From an uncultured Prolixibacteraceae bacterium (GTDB lineage Bacteria > Bacteroidota > Bacteroidia > Bacteroidales > FEN-979), in assembly GCA_964605775.1 (NCBI GenBank), contig CAZSDU010000001.1, positions 102,741-166,740 of the forward strand: DNA of 64,000 nucleotides. The letters are read 5' to 3'. Both the position numbers and the translations under genes were made by a program. Below the pieces are notes generated by a model. It ran no database searches. It saw only the letters and a program-made list of their open reading frames with translations, and had not been told where the DNA came from. This document shows, piece by piece, positions 1 to 9,513 of the stretch (position 1 is the stretch's first letter; each line of letters begins with the position of its first letter).

Positions 1-820
1 CCCTTTCGGCATCCACAATCAGCACACATACATCACTTGATTCAATGGAACGGATGGCACGCATCACGGAATAAAATTCAATATCTTCTTTCACTTTGGC
101 TTTTTTCCTAATCCCGGCTGTATCCACCAGTATAAAATCCATACCGAAGAACTGATAATGAGAATTTATGGAATCGCGTGTTGTTCCCGGGATTTCCGTG
201 ACGATGGTCCGGTCTTTCCCCAGCAGGACATTCACCAGGGAAGACTTTCCCGCGTTCGGTCGTCCAATGATGGCAATCCGGGGTAAATCACTCAGGGTTG
301 CCGGCTCGTTTTCTGAAACTTCCACAGGGGGAAAGTCCATCACCAAGGCATCCAGCAACTCTCCCGTCCCGCTTCCGGTCATGGCTGAAACCCCATAGAT
401 TTCTCCCAGTCCCAGGCGGTGAAATTCATGAATGTCTTCCGTTTGCTTATTGCTGTCGAGTTTATTGGCTACCAGGAAAACCTTTTTTTTCGATCTCCTC
501 AGCAATTTCGCCACATCTTCATCCATGGTCGTGATGCCTTCACGGATATCTACCAGAAAGAGGATCACATCAGACTCTTCAATGGCCAGGTTGACTTGTT
601 TTTTGATCTCCGTTTCAAAGATATCCCCTGAATTATCCACATATCCGCCAGTATCGATGACCGAAAATTCTTTTCCGTTCCAATCGGATTTTCCATAATG
701 CCGGTCACGGGTTACTCCGCTTTCCGGATCGACAATGGCATCACGTTTGCCGCAAAGGCGGTTGAATAAGGTTGATTTTCCGACATTCGGCCGGCCAACA
801 ATGGCTACGATGTTTGACAT
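1..820 (-). CDS. der: ribosome biogenesis GTPase Der (EngA), 5' part; runs off window start
   Basis: Not in ORF track; manual reading from ATG at 820 gives [21 protein letters not shown], and a second G1 motif ([14 protein letters not shown]) lies near 240-285; adjacent to era. Confidence 0.95.
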   Translation of the reverse strand, partial: MSNIVAIVGRPNVGKSTLFNRLCGKRDAIVDPESGVTRDRHYGKSDWNGKEFSVIDTGGYVDNSGDIFETEIKKQVNLAIEESDVILFLVDIREGITTMDEDVAKLLRRSKKKVFLVANKLDSNKQTEDIHEFHRLGLGEIYGVSAMTGSGTGELLDALVMDFPPVEVSENEPATLSDLPRIAIIGRPNAGKSSLVNVLLGKDRTIVTEIPGTTRDSINSHYQFFGMDFILVDTAGIRKKAKVKEDIEFYSVMRAIRSIESSDVCVLIVDAER

Positions 821-830
821 GACGATAATT

Positions 831-878
831 TGAAGATTTGAAAATTTGAAAATATCACTTTGTCACTTTGTGACTTTG
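831..878. repeat. two abutting degenerate 8-nt tandem arrays filling the era-der spacer
   Basis: tgaagatt tgaaaatt tgaaaata followed by tcactttg tcactttg tgactttg. Confidence 0.8.
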
Positions 879-1763
879 TTACTTATCTATTGAATATCCG
901 AACCTTTTCAGCGCACGTACGTCCTCTCTCCAATCCTTGGCCACTTTGATATGAAGCTCCAGGAAAACATGTTTCCCCAGAAATATTTCAATGTCTTTGC
1001 GGGCATCTGTACCCAGTTTCTTGATGGCAGAACCCTGATGTCCGAGTAAAATTCCTTTCTGTGATTCCCTGGCCACATAAATGGTTGCCGCGATACGTGT
1101 CAGTGAAGGTTCTTCCTTGAATTCAGTGATGGCAATTTCGGTGCAATAAGGAACTTCCTGGGAGAAATTCAAAAGAATTTTTTCCCGGATGATCTCACTA
1201 ATAAAAAAACGCTCAGAGCGATCCGTCAACTCGTCTTTGGAGAAATACGCGGGTGACTCAGGCAGGTGAAACAATATGGCCTTCATCACCTGATCGATAT
1301 TCATACCATGCAGGGCTGAAACCGGAAAGACTTCCGATTGGGGAAGCAGGGTTTTCCATTTGAACACTTCTGATTCCAGGATCTCCATATTGCCCAGGTC
1401 AACTTTATTGATGACCACAATCACTGGTTTTTGAATCTCTTTGATTTTATTCAGTATCTCTTCATGTTCAAAGTTCTGTTTGATTTCAGTAACCAGTAAA
1501 ATAATGTCCGCGTCATCCAGGGAAGAAAACACGGCCGACATCATGGCCTGATGAAGTTTATAATGGGGTTTGATAATTCCCGGAGTGTCGGAATAAATCA
1601 CCTGGAAATCTTCCCCATTGACGATCCCCATGATGCGATGGCGGGTCGTCTGGGCTTTGTGGGTGATGATCGAAAGTTTTTCTCCCACCAGGGCATTCAT
1701 CATGGTTGATTTTCCCACATTGGGATAACCGATAATTGCGACAAAACCTGATTTATGTGACAT
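879..1763 (-). CDS. era: GTPase Era
   Basis: MSHKSGFVAIIGYPNVGKST, DTPG, NKVD, C-terminal KH domain (QEVPY, LGHQGSAIKKLG); start moved to ATG at 1763. Confidence 0.97.
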   Translation of the reverse strand: MSHKSGFVAIIGYPNVGKSTMMNALVGEKLSIITHKAQTTRHRIMGIVNGEDFQVIYSDTPGIIKPHYKLHQAMMSAVFSSLDDADIILLVTEIKQNFEHEEILNKIKEIQKPVIVVINKVDLGNMEILESEVFKWKTLLPQSEVFPVSALHGMNIDQVMKAILFHLPESPAYFSKDELTDRSERFFISEIIREKILLNFSQEVPYCTEIAITEFKEEPSLTRIAATIYVARESQKGILLGHQGSAIKKLGTDARKDIEIFLGKHVFLELHIKVAKDWREDVRALKRFGYSIDK

Positions 1764-1826
1764 GGTGTTGTATTTAGTCATCAACGAACAGACGGGAAGC
1801 ATTCTGAAAACAAAGCTGTTCCGAGG

Positions 1827-1834
1827 CAAAGGTA
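1827..1834 (-). promoter_or_regulatory. Bacteroidota sigma70 -7 element (TACCTTTG) for era-der
   Basis: Matches TAnnTTTG about 65 nt upstream of the era ATG. Confidence 0.55.
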
Positions 1835-1898
1835 GGTAAAAAAAACGGGTTGTCAGCAGGGACCCACTAAGCTTAAGGGATGAATGAATTTCAGAAAA

Positions 1899-2282
1899 TT
1901 ACTCCGGCTGCTTTGTCCGGATCAGGTAAATATGAAGGCTCACCGCCAGGGTGATCCCGCTGACCAAGATTTTCAGCCAGAGATAAGGAATAAAGAAAAT
2001 CAGTGAAACAAGGGTAGAGGTCCACAGAAACCCTATGGAAAGAATTTTTACCCTGAGCGGAATGCCTTTTCCGGCTTTATAATCCCTTAGATAATGCCCA
2101 AAATAAGGATTGTTCATGATCATGTTATAGAAGCGGGCTGAACTCCGGTAGAAACAAGCAGCTGCTGCAACAAGGAAAGGGGTTGTCGGCAGTAAAGGAA
2201 GGATGGCTCCAAGAATGGCCAGGAAGGTAAAGAAGAAACCACATGCGATGAATACATGCCGGATTATTTTGTTTTTAGCCAC
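1899..2282 (-). CDS. YbaN/DUF454 family inner membrane protein
   Basis: LGAILPLLPTTPFL...SSARFY motif; probable GTG start at 2282 because the longer ORF overlaps the tRNA. Confidence 0.85.
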   Translation of the reverse strand: MAKNKIIRHVFIACGFFFTFLAILGAILPLLPTTPFLVAAAACFYRSSARFYNMIMNNPYFGHYLRDYKAGKGIPLRVKILSIGFLWTSTLVSLIFFIPYLWLKILVSGITLAVSLHIYLIRTKQPE

Positions 2283-2400
2283 TCTCGGGGTTTTATCGTC
2301 TGACTGTATCAAGAAAAATTCTGTTTGAGTTTGGATAAAAAGAATATAACTGCTATCTTTGCCGTTGGAACGCAGATTACAAAGATACATAAAAATATAC

Positions 2401-2472
<72 letters not shown>

Positions 2473-2477
2473 CTCAG

Positions 2478-2506
2478 AAAGTCAGCATTTAGCTGACTTT
2501 TTTTTT
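2478..2506. terminator. intrinsic terminator after the tRNA, possibly bidirectional
   Basis: aaagtcagc-attta-gctgacttt followed by T run. Confidence 0.8.
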
Positions 2507-2519
2507 ATTCAGGCAAGGG

Positions 2520-3731
2520 TTAAGCCTCCTTTTTTTGCTTCTTCCGCCATGATTCATCCAGCGCTTCACCCAGGTAGCGGAACTGATCGATCGAATTGTA
2601 CAGTTGAACGGTAATCCTTATCAACTGTTGAATCGGAACTCCCCAATGCCAAACCGGGATTTCAATATGATATTGATGGTAAAGATAATCCTGGAAGGGG
2701 GTCATGCTTTTATAATCAGGCCTGTCGGAAGAGTCATTCATTGGGAGTTCAAGGGTTGCCATCGAAGCGATCATGGAGTCGGAACATGGAATGGCAAGTT
2801 GAAGTTTTTCACAAAGAAAGTTACGCGCTTCTATACAGCCTTGATGATTTCGTTGCATCAGTTCATTCCATCCTCCCGGCAGTATTGAACCCAGGTAAGC
2901 AATGGTATCCCCAACACAGAGTGCAGGGGTGGGATCATAGGTCCCAGGCCAGTAAAATCTTTCAGAAAATGGTTGGGCATTATATCCGGCATGACTGACG
3001 ACAAGGGGAAAAATTAATTTCTGCTTATCCTTCCTGACATGCAAAATCGCTGTGCTTTTAGGAGCACAAAGCCATTTATGACAATTGGCCGTATAATAGG
3101 CCGCCCTCGTCTTTTCCAAATCGAGGGGGATACATCCCAGCGCATGAGCCCCATCGATCATGGTGTCTATGCCCCTGTTTTCCAGTTCAATCACAATTTG
3201 TTCCACTGGCTGTATGATAGCAGTAGCCGAAGTAATATGATCGATCAGGGCAATTCTTGTCTTAGGGGTCACTTTCCCAAGAACAGCGTCTATAATGATA
3301 TCGGGAGAACTGATCGGGAATTCATAGCAGGCTTCCACGAGGCGAGCGCCCGTCTGATCGCAGATAAACTCCAGTAAACGCCGGCAGGCTGGATAAATAT
3401 GATTGGTGGTAAGTAATTCATCTCCGGGATTGAAGCGCAGTGAACGAAATACAGTATTGACCGCTTCCGTAACATTACGGACAAAAACCAGATCGTCAGC
3501 GGAAGCATTCACAAAAGCTGCCACTTTTTGTCTTGACTGATTAAACATGGTTTCCAACTCCCGCATCATAAACCTTACCGGCTGACTTTCGAGCCGCTGA
3601 CGGTAACGTTGTTGTTTTTCCAGAATTGCTACTGGACAGGCTCCGAAAGAACCATGGTTAAGAAAGACCATCCCCGGATCAAGCGACCAAATTTTTGAAT
3701 ATTCAGAAGGTAATGGAAAATTCATGGACAT
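2520..3731 (-). CDS. class V PLP aminotransferase (CefD/L-cysteine desulfhydrase/EgtE-like)
   Basis: FLNHGSFGACP, IDGAHALG, NCHKWLCAPK (PLP lysine). Confidence 0.85.
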   Translation of the reverse strand: MSMNFPLPSEYSKIWSLDPGMVFLNHGSFGACPVAILEKQQRYRQRLESQPVRFMMRELETMFNQSRQKVAAFVNASADDLVFVRNVTEAVNTVFRSLRFNPGDELLTTNHIYPACRRLLEFICDQTGARLVEACYEFPISSPDIIIDAVLGKVTPKTRIALIDHITSATAIIQPVEQIVIELENRGIDTMIDGAHALGCIPLDLEKTRAAYYTANCHKWLCAPKSTAILHVRKDKQKLIFPLVVSHAGYNAQPFSERFYWPGTYDPTPALCVGDTIAYLGSILPGGWNELMQRNHQGCIEARNFLCEKLQLAIPCSDSMIASMATLELPMNDSSDRPDYKSMTPFQDYLYHQYHIEIPVWHWGVPIQQLIRITVQLYNSIDQFRYLGEALDESWRKKQKKEA

Positions 3732-3746
3732 CGTTTTTAAAAGTGA

Positions 3747-4931
3747 TTATTTTACATGAAGTATCATCCCTTTGAGGTAGTCCCCTTCGGGATGAAATAT
3801 ACTGACGGGATGATCAGGCCCCTGGGAAAGCCGGTGAAGGATCCTGACTTCGCGGCCGGCTTCCAGTGCGGCGCTCATCACTGCCGACTGAAAATTTTCC
3901 CGGCTGATGGCCTGGGAACAGGAAAAAGTAAACAATATCCCGCCTTTGTTTAACCGAATCAACGCATTTTTATTGATATGAACATAAGCATGTAAAGCGT
4001 TGTTGGTCACCTTATGCGTCTTGGCAAATGCAGGGGGATCGAGAATGATCATGTCATACCATTCACTGGTCTCGTTCAGATACTTTTTGGCATCTGTCAC
4101 CATTGCTTGATGATGACCGGAATCAAGCCCGTTAAGCGCCACATTTTCATTGGCCCAGTCAATTGACTGACTGGAGCTGTCGACGGAATGCACCAACCTG
4201 GCGCCACCTTTCAGCGCATATACCGAAAATGCCCCGGAATAACAAAAACAGTTCAGCACCTTCCTGTTTCTTGCATAATACTGGGCAAACATCCGGTTTC
4301 CCCTTTGATCCAGAAAGAAACCTGTTTTTTGTCCACGCTCCCAATCAACAAGAAAACGATGGCCGGTTTCAAGGATCTCACCCTTTTGGGAAATGCCATA
4401 TAAGTACTGATCACGGATGTCGGAGGACGGGTGAGGAGTTGTTTCTCTGCTTTTATCATAAACCGCTTTGAGTTGATCGCCGAATATTTGCTGAAGGGCA
4501 GTAACAAATACCGGTTTCAGTTTATGCATGCCCAGAGCGTGAGCTTGAATCACCGCCACACCATTGTACCAGTCAATAATCAGTCCGGGCAATCCATCTC
4601 CCTCAGAATTTACCAGGCGACAGGCATTGTCGGAAGGAGATGTCAACAGGCCAAGATGAATCCTGAAATCATACGCCTTTGAAACTTTTTCAATCCAGAA
4701 AGCCTCATTGATTTCTGTTTGTTGAAAACTGAATATCTTGACTGCAATGGAACTTTCAGCATAATGCCCCAGGGCAAGGAACTCATGTTGATGGGAAAAC
4801 AGTTCAACCGTATCACCTTCCTTTACATTTCCCTTTATCTGATTGATGGCTCCGGAAAAAATCCAGGGATGGAAACGTCTGACTGCCAATTCTTTACCCG
4901 GTTTCAGGATAATTTTGGGAAAGATGTTCAT
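3747..4931 (-). CDS. rlmI: RlmI-type 23S rRNA m5C methyltransferase
   Basis: PUA N-terminus RRFHPWIFSGAI, GQKTGFFLDQR, ILDPPAF, FTFSCS; start reset to ATG at 4931. Confidence 0.88.
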   Translation of the reverse strand: MNIFPKIILKPGKELAVRRFHPWIFSGAINQIKGNVKEGDTVELFSHQHEFLALGHYAESSIAVKIFSFQQTEINEAFWIEKVSKAYDFRIHLGLLTSPSDNACRLVNSEGDGLPGLIIDWYNGVAVIQAHALGMHKLKPVFVTALQQIFGDQLKAVYDKSRETTPHPSSDIRDQYLYGISQKGEILETGHRFLVDWERGQKTGFFLDQRGNRMFAQYYARNRKVLNCFCYSGAFSVYALKGGARLVHSVDSSSQSIDWANENVALNGLDSGHHQAMVTDAKKYLNETSEWYDMIILDPPAFAKTHKVTNNALHAYVHINKNALIRLNKGGILFTFSCSQAISRENFQSAVMSAALEAGREVRILHRLSQGPDHPVSIFHPEGDYLKGMILHVK

Positions 4932-4980
4932 TTTTTTGTTTTTCTTAGTAAATTTGATGCAAATTAAAAAATTCAACCCA

Positions 4981-5832
4981 ATGAAAAAGTATTTATTGCT
5001 TTTATTAATTCCGGTATTTTTTGCCTGTGGCCGTGAGGCCAAGAAAAAAGCCGAAGAATTGCAGGCCAGATCAGATAGTCTGATGAGCCAAACCCTCCAA
5101 AAAGATGAAGCCATCAACGAATTTATCCGCTCCATTAATGAAATCCAGGGGACCCTGGATACCATCAAGATGAAAGAAAACATCATCAACCTGAATACGG
5201 ACCGTGGTGAAGAACTGAAACTTTCTGCCAAAGATCAGATCAAGAACGACATTCAATCCATTTATGGTTTGATGGCTAAGAATAAGGAAACCATCAATGC
5301 CCTGACCAAAAAGCTGAAAAATTCCAATATGAAAGTGGACGAACTTCAGAAAATGGTTGAAAGGCTGAATAAGGACCTTGCCCAGAAAACAGCCGACATT
5401 GAAGAGCTGAGGGAAAAACTTTCCAAGATACACATCGCCTTTGAAAAAGCCAATCTGAAGATAGATACCCTTTCAAGGACGGTTAAATCCCAGGACAGGC
5501 AGTTATCAGATCAGGGTCAGACGATTGCGGAACAGGATGCCGCCCTGCATACCGCTTATTACGTTATCGGGACAGCCAAGGAATTAAAGAAAAGCGGAGT
5601 CATCAAGAGTGGCGAGGTACTGGCAGACTTCAACAAGGATCTCTTTACCCGTATAGACATCAGAAAAACCACCGAGATTTCTGTCCTGAGCAAGAAAGCC
5701 AAGATTCTTTCAAGCCATCCTTCCTCCTCCTATAAATACAATGGGGATAAAAAACTTATCCAATCGCTTCAGATTCTCGATTACAAATTATTCTGGAGCA
5801 ATAGTAAATACCTTGTCATTGTGGTAAACTAA
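4981..5832 (+). CDS. coiled-coil lipoprotein with conserved C-terminal domain (resembles Bacteroidales Cbp1-like family)
   Basis: Signal MKKYLLLLLIPVFFAC (lipobox Cys), long heptad region, C-terminal AYYVIGTAKELKKSGVI. Confidence 0.7.
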   Translation: MKKYLLLLLIPVFFACGREAKKKAEELQARSDSLMSQTLQKDEAINEFIRSINEIQGTLDTIKMKENIINLNTDRGEELKLSAKDQIKNDIQSIYGLMAKNKETINALTKKLKNSNMKVDELQKMVERLNKDLAQKTADIEELREKLSKIHIAFEKANLKIDTLSRTVKSQDRQLSDQGQTIAEQDAALHTAYYVIGTAKELKKSGVIKSGEVLADFNKDLFTRIDIRKTTEISVLSKKAKILSSHPSSSYKYNGDKKLIQSLQILDYKLFWSNSKYLVIVVN

Positions 5833-5852
5833 ACCTAATATCATAACTTCAG

Positions 5853-5880
5853 GGGGCGGGATCAGTCCTGCCCTTTTTTT
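5853..5880 (+). terminator. intrinsic terminator
   Basis: ggggcggga-tcag-tcctgccc followed by T run. Confidence 0.75.
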
Positions 5881-5903
5881 TATCTTTACTGAAATAGAAA
5901 AAC

Positions 5904-6920
5904 ATGCGCCTTCGGTTAATTATTATTCTGACTTTCGTCCTGAGCAGTCAGGTTGTATTATCGCAAAAACACAGCACGGAACTATTTAAGATCGTTTTTT
6001 ATAATGTCGAAAACCTGTTCGATACCCTTGACAATCCCCTGACTGATGACGAGGAATTTTTACCTGATTCCAAGATAGCATGGAACAGTGAACGTTATTG
6101 GCATAAAATTCAAAATACTGCAAGGGTACTGATGGCTATCGACAGTGTGAATCTGCCGGGAATGATAGGACTGGCCGAGATCGAGAACAATTCAGTACTT
6201 GAAGATTTAATCCTGACCACGGGATTAAAACATGGTAATTATGATATCATTGTTGAAAGCGGACAGGATCCCAGAGGAATCAATGTTGCGTTATTATATA
6301 GAAAAAACATCTTTCGTCAAATAGATCATAAGGCAATCCCCTCAGCGCTTTCTTTTAAAACCCGGGATATCCTTTATGCCAGGCTGTTATGCGCCTCAGG
6401 CGATACTTTCCATGTTTTTGTCAACCACTGGAAGTCAAGACACGGAGGGGCACAGGAAACAGAAATCATGCGTATTGAAAACGCCAGGACCTTAAAACAT
6501 CAGACCGACTCTGTGCTAACCGTGTTTCCTCAGGCCAAACTGATCATCATGGGAGATTTCAATGATGAACCCGGAGATAAAAGCATAACGGAAACCCTCG
6601 GAATCAAAAAACCCGGGGAAACAATTTCCCCTACCGGATTATATAACCTGCTTTATGACCATTACGAAAAGGGGGAAGGGACTTTATATTATAAAGACTG
6701 GGACGTGTTCGACCAGATCATTGTTTCCGGAAATTTGCTACTGAAAAAGAAAGGGAAAAAGCCATTCATTCTGACTGTCGATACACAGATTTTTAAACCT
6801 GACTGGCTGCTCTACAAAAATAAAAACGGAGAACTTGTACCAAACCGGACAGCGGGTTCAAAAGAATATTTCGGGGGCTTTTCCGATCATTTGCCGGTCT
6901 ATACTACAGTAAGGTATTAA
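5904..6920 (+). CDS. exported endonuclease/exonuclease/phosphatase (EEP) family protein
   Basis: Signal peptide; FYNVENLFD, GLAEIEN, VNHWKSR, MGDFND, FDQIIVS, SDHLPV. Confidence 0.9.
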   Translation: MRLRLIIILTFVLSSQVVLSQKHSTELFKIVFYNVENLFDTLDNPLTDDEEFLPDSKIAWNSERYWHKIQNTARVLMAIDSVNLPGMIGLAEIENNSVLEDLILTTGLKHGNYDIIVESGQDPRGINVALLYRKNIFRQIDHKAIPSALSFKTRDILYARLLCASGDTFHVFVNHWKSRHGGAQETEIMRIENARTLKHQTDSVLTVFPQAKLIIMGDFNDEPGDKSITETLGIKKPGETISPTGLYNLLYDHYEKGEGTLYYKDWDVFDQIIVSGNLLLKKKGKKPFILTVDTQIFKPDWLLYKNKNGELVPNRTAGSKEYFGGFSDHLPVYTTVRY

Positions 6921-6937
6921 TGGTCAGAAGTCAATTT

Positions 6938-7384
6938 TTAATTTTTGATAACTTTCGCTGGTAGCGGGTAGTCGATTTCCTTTAAGAGCCGTCCGTTTTC
7001 ATCATAGAAGCTCCATTTTCCAATCCGGGTATCTTCTTTATAATACCCTTCATAACGGATCTTCCCATTTTCAAAATAGACGATCCGCTTGCCATCGCTT
7101 TTTCCGTTTTTAAATGACCCTTCACTCCAGACCTTACCGTTATCATACCAGGAAACCCACTTTCCGTCACGTTTTCCATCCTTATACGTTCCCTCCATCT
7201 GGATCTGCTTATTGGAATAATAGGTTGTTTCTTTCAGCAATTCACGGGTTTCGTCTTTACCTCTATAGATACAGACTCTTTTCGGCGAGCCATCAGGATA
7301 GGATTCTTCAACGACTTTGTATTCAAATTTGCATGAGTAGAGAATTAACAGCAGTGCCGTCATTATTGTCACTCTGATTTTCAT
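6938..7384 (-). CDS. MORN-variant repeat lipoprotein (YwqK-like)
   Basis: Lipobox LYSC; repeated Y/W-Y-x-NG-x(4)-EG-x-Y/F-KxG units. Confidence 0.8.
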   Translation of the reverse strand: MKIRVTIMTALLLILYSCKFEYKVVEESYPDGSPKRVCIYRGKDETRELLKETTYYSNKQIQMEGTYKDGKRDGKWVSWYDNGKVWSEGSFKNGKSDGKRIVYFENGKIRYEGYYKEDTRIGKWSFYDENGRLLKEIDYPLPAKVIKN

Positions 7385-7386
7385 TG

Positions 7387-8745
7387 TTATTCCATGTTAA
7401 ATTCCAATCGCATTCCCTGTTTTGATTCCATGATATTTCCTTGCTGATATAACAGATTCCCGTTCACCCAGGTATGGCTGATACGTGATCTGAAAGAAAA
7501 CCCCTCCAGGGGTGACCATCCGCATTTATACAGGAGGTTATCCTTTTTCACGGTCCAGGGATCATTCAGATCCACCAGTAAAAGGTCGGCAAAAAACCCT
7601 TTACGGATAAACCCCCTGTTTTTGATCCGGTACAAGGTAGCCGGTCCATGGCACATTTTTTCCACGATCAGCTCGAGGGAAATTTTCTGCTGGTGATAGT
7701 ATTCAAGCATGGTTACCAGACCATGTTGTACGAATGGCGCTCCCGAAGGACAAGAAAGATAAGGTTGTTGCTTTTCTTCTAAGGTATGAGGGGCATGATC
7801 TGTGGCGATGATATCGATTTTTCCGGATAACAGTCCCTGAAACAATCCAAGCTTATCCCCTTCTGTTTTTATGGCCGGGTTCCACTTGATTTTTGCACCC
7901 AGCCTGTCATAATCACTATCGTCAAACCAGAGATGATGTACGCAAACTTCGCCGGTAATGAACTTTTCAGCGAGGGGTTTGTCGTTTTCCAGCAATTCGA
8001 GTTCTCGGGCTGTGGAGAGGTGAAGCAAATGCAGGCGGGAGGAGTACTTCTTAGCCAGTTTGACTGCTTTCAGTGAGGAAGCATAGCATGCCTCCTCATT
8101 CCGGATGAGGGGATGAGCGAAAACCGGAATGTCTTCTCCGTATTTCTTTTTGAAATATGCCAGGTTTTCCCGGATAATGGATTCTTCTTCAGCATGAACC
8201 ACTATCCTGATTGGGGATTGACGGAAAATTTTTTCAAGGATACCGGGATCATCCACCAGCATATTCCCGGTTGATGCTCCCATAAAGATTTTCAGTCCAC
8301 AGATCCTTAGCGGATCGGCTTTTAAAATTTCATTGAGGTTATTATTGGAAGCGCCAAGGAAAAAAGAATAATTGGCCAGTGACTTAGTAGAGGCAAGATG
8401 ATACTTCTCTTCAAGGATATCCAAAGTAGTCGCTTTAGGCTCGGTATTGGGCATATCCATGAAGGAGGTCACTCCTCCGGCGACGGCTGCACGGCTTTCA
8501 GTCAGCAAATCACCTTTGCGGGTCAAACCGGGCTCGCGAAAATGAACCTGATCATCGATAATCCCAGGCATCAGGCATCTGCCATGTGCATCAATCCTCA
8601 GGATATTTTCAGGCAAGAGAAGATCTTCCGGGGGGTCACCTTCAAAAACATCAGCAATAAGCCCATTTTCAACCCTGACAGACCCGTGAAATTGTCTGCC
8701 CTCGTTAACGATAAGGGCATTGCTTATAATAAAAGGAGAACTCAT
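7387..8745 (-). CDS. pyrC: dihydroorotase
   Basis: PGIIDDQVHFREPG, MDMPNT, KWNPAIK, IATDHAPH. Confidence 0.92.
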   Translation of the reverse strand: MSSPFIISNALIVNEGRQFHGSVRVENGLIADVFEGDPPEDLLLPENILRIDAHGRCLMPGIIDDQVHFREPGLTRKGDLLTESRAAVAGGVTSFMDMPNTEPKATTLDILEEKYHLASTKSLANYSFFLGASNNNLNEILKADPLRICGLKIFMGASTGNMLVDDPGILEKIFRQSPIRIVVHAEEESIIRENLAYFKKKYGEDIPVFAHPLIRNEEACYASSLKAVKLAKKYSSRLHLLHLSTARELELLENDKPLAEKFITGEVCVHHLWFDDSDYDRLGAKIKWNPAIKTEGDKLGLFQGLLSGKIDIIATDHAPHTLEEKQQPYLSCPSGAPFVQHGLVTMLEYYHQQKISLELIVEKMCHGPATLYRIKNRGFIRKGFFADLLLVDLNDPWTVKKDNLLYKCGWSPLEGFSFRSRISHTWVNGNLLYQQGNIMESKQGMRLEFNME

Positions 8746-8746
8746 T

Positions 8747-9487
8747 TTAACCTTTGAGACGTTTGTATTTTTTAAAGAGACTTTGTATTCTCAGACTCAT
8801 GACTCCAAAAATCGCCTCTTTAAAAATACCCTTACTCATTTTTGACTCACCCATGGTACGGTCAGTAAAAATGATGGGAACTTCCACGATATTGAATCCC
8901 AGTTTCCAGGCAGTGAACTTCATCTCAATCTGGAAGGCATATCCGGTAAATCTTACTTTATCCAGGTCGATGGCTTCAAGAACCTTGCGGGTATAACATT
9001 TGAAGCCTGCTGTGGTGTCCCTGACTTTCATCCTGGTCACAAAACGCACATAGGAAGAGGCATAGTAGGACATTAGAACCCTGCCGATAGGCCAGTTTAC
9101 GACATTGACACCGGAAACGTAACGGGAACCGATCACCAGATCGGCTCCCTTGTTTTTTGCAGCATCATATAAACGCAACAAATCTTCAGGATTATGGGAA
9201 AAGTCGGCATCCATCTCGAAAATAAAATCGTATGCATGCGACAATCCCCAACGGAAACCATGAATATAGGCCGTACCAAGACCCAGTTTCCCTTTACGTT
9301 CTTCCATCTTCAGACGACCGGGAAACTCCTGCATTAAACCCTTAACAATATCAGCCGTGCCATCAGGAGAATTGTCTTCGATGATTAAAATATCAAAATC
9401 CTTGGCAAGGGAAAATACCTTACGGATAATCCGTTCTATGTTTTCCTTTTCGTTAAAAGTAGGGATGATGACTAAGCTATCTGACAC
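8747..9487 (-). CDS. polyprenol-phosphate mannose synthase-like GT2
   Basis: IIPTFNEKENI, DNSPDGT, EMDADFSHNP, DTTAGFKCY. Confidence 0.9.
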   Translation of the reverse strand: MSDSLVIIPTFNEKENIERIIRKVFSLAKDFDILIIEDNSPDGTADIVKGLMQEFPGRLKMEERKGKLGLGTAYIHGFRWGLSHAYDFIFEMDADFSHNPEDLLRLYDAAKNKGADLVIGSRYVSGVNVVNWPIGRVLMSYYASSYVRFVTRMKVRDTTAGFKCYTRKVLEAIDLDKVRFTGYAFQIEMKFTAWKLGFNIVEVPIIFTDRTMGESKMSKGIFKEAIFGVMSLRIQSLFKKYKRLKG

Positions 9488-9513
9488 AAGCTGATGATTT
9501 AAAGGTTAAATGA

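Noticed and set aside
2520-3731. Beta-lactam biosynthesis from the CefD-like similarity
   Set aside because: No ACV synthetase or isopenicillin N synthase nearby; the family is broad.
4843-5231. Long mutual overlap of the rlmI and lipoprotein ORFs
   Set aside because: Artefact of longest-ORF calling; real starts at 4931 (minus) and 4981 (plus) give a normal divergent pair.
6938-7384. Toxin-antitoxin system from the YwqK-like match
   Set aside because: It is a MORN-repeat lipoprotein with no neighbouring toxin gene.
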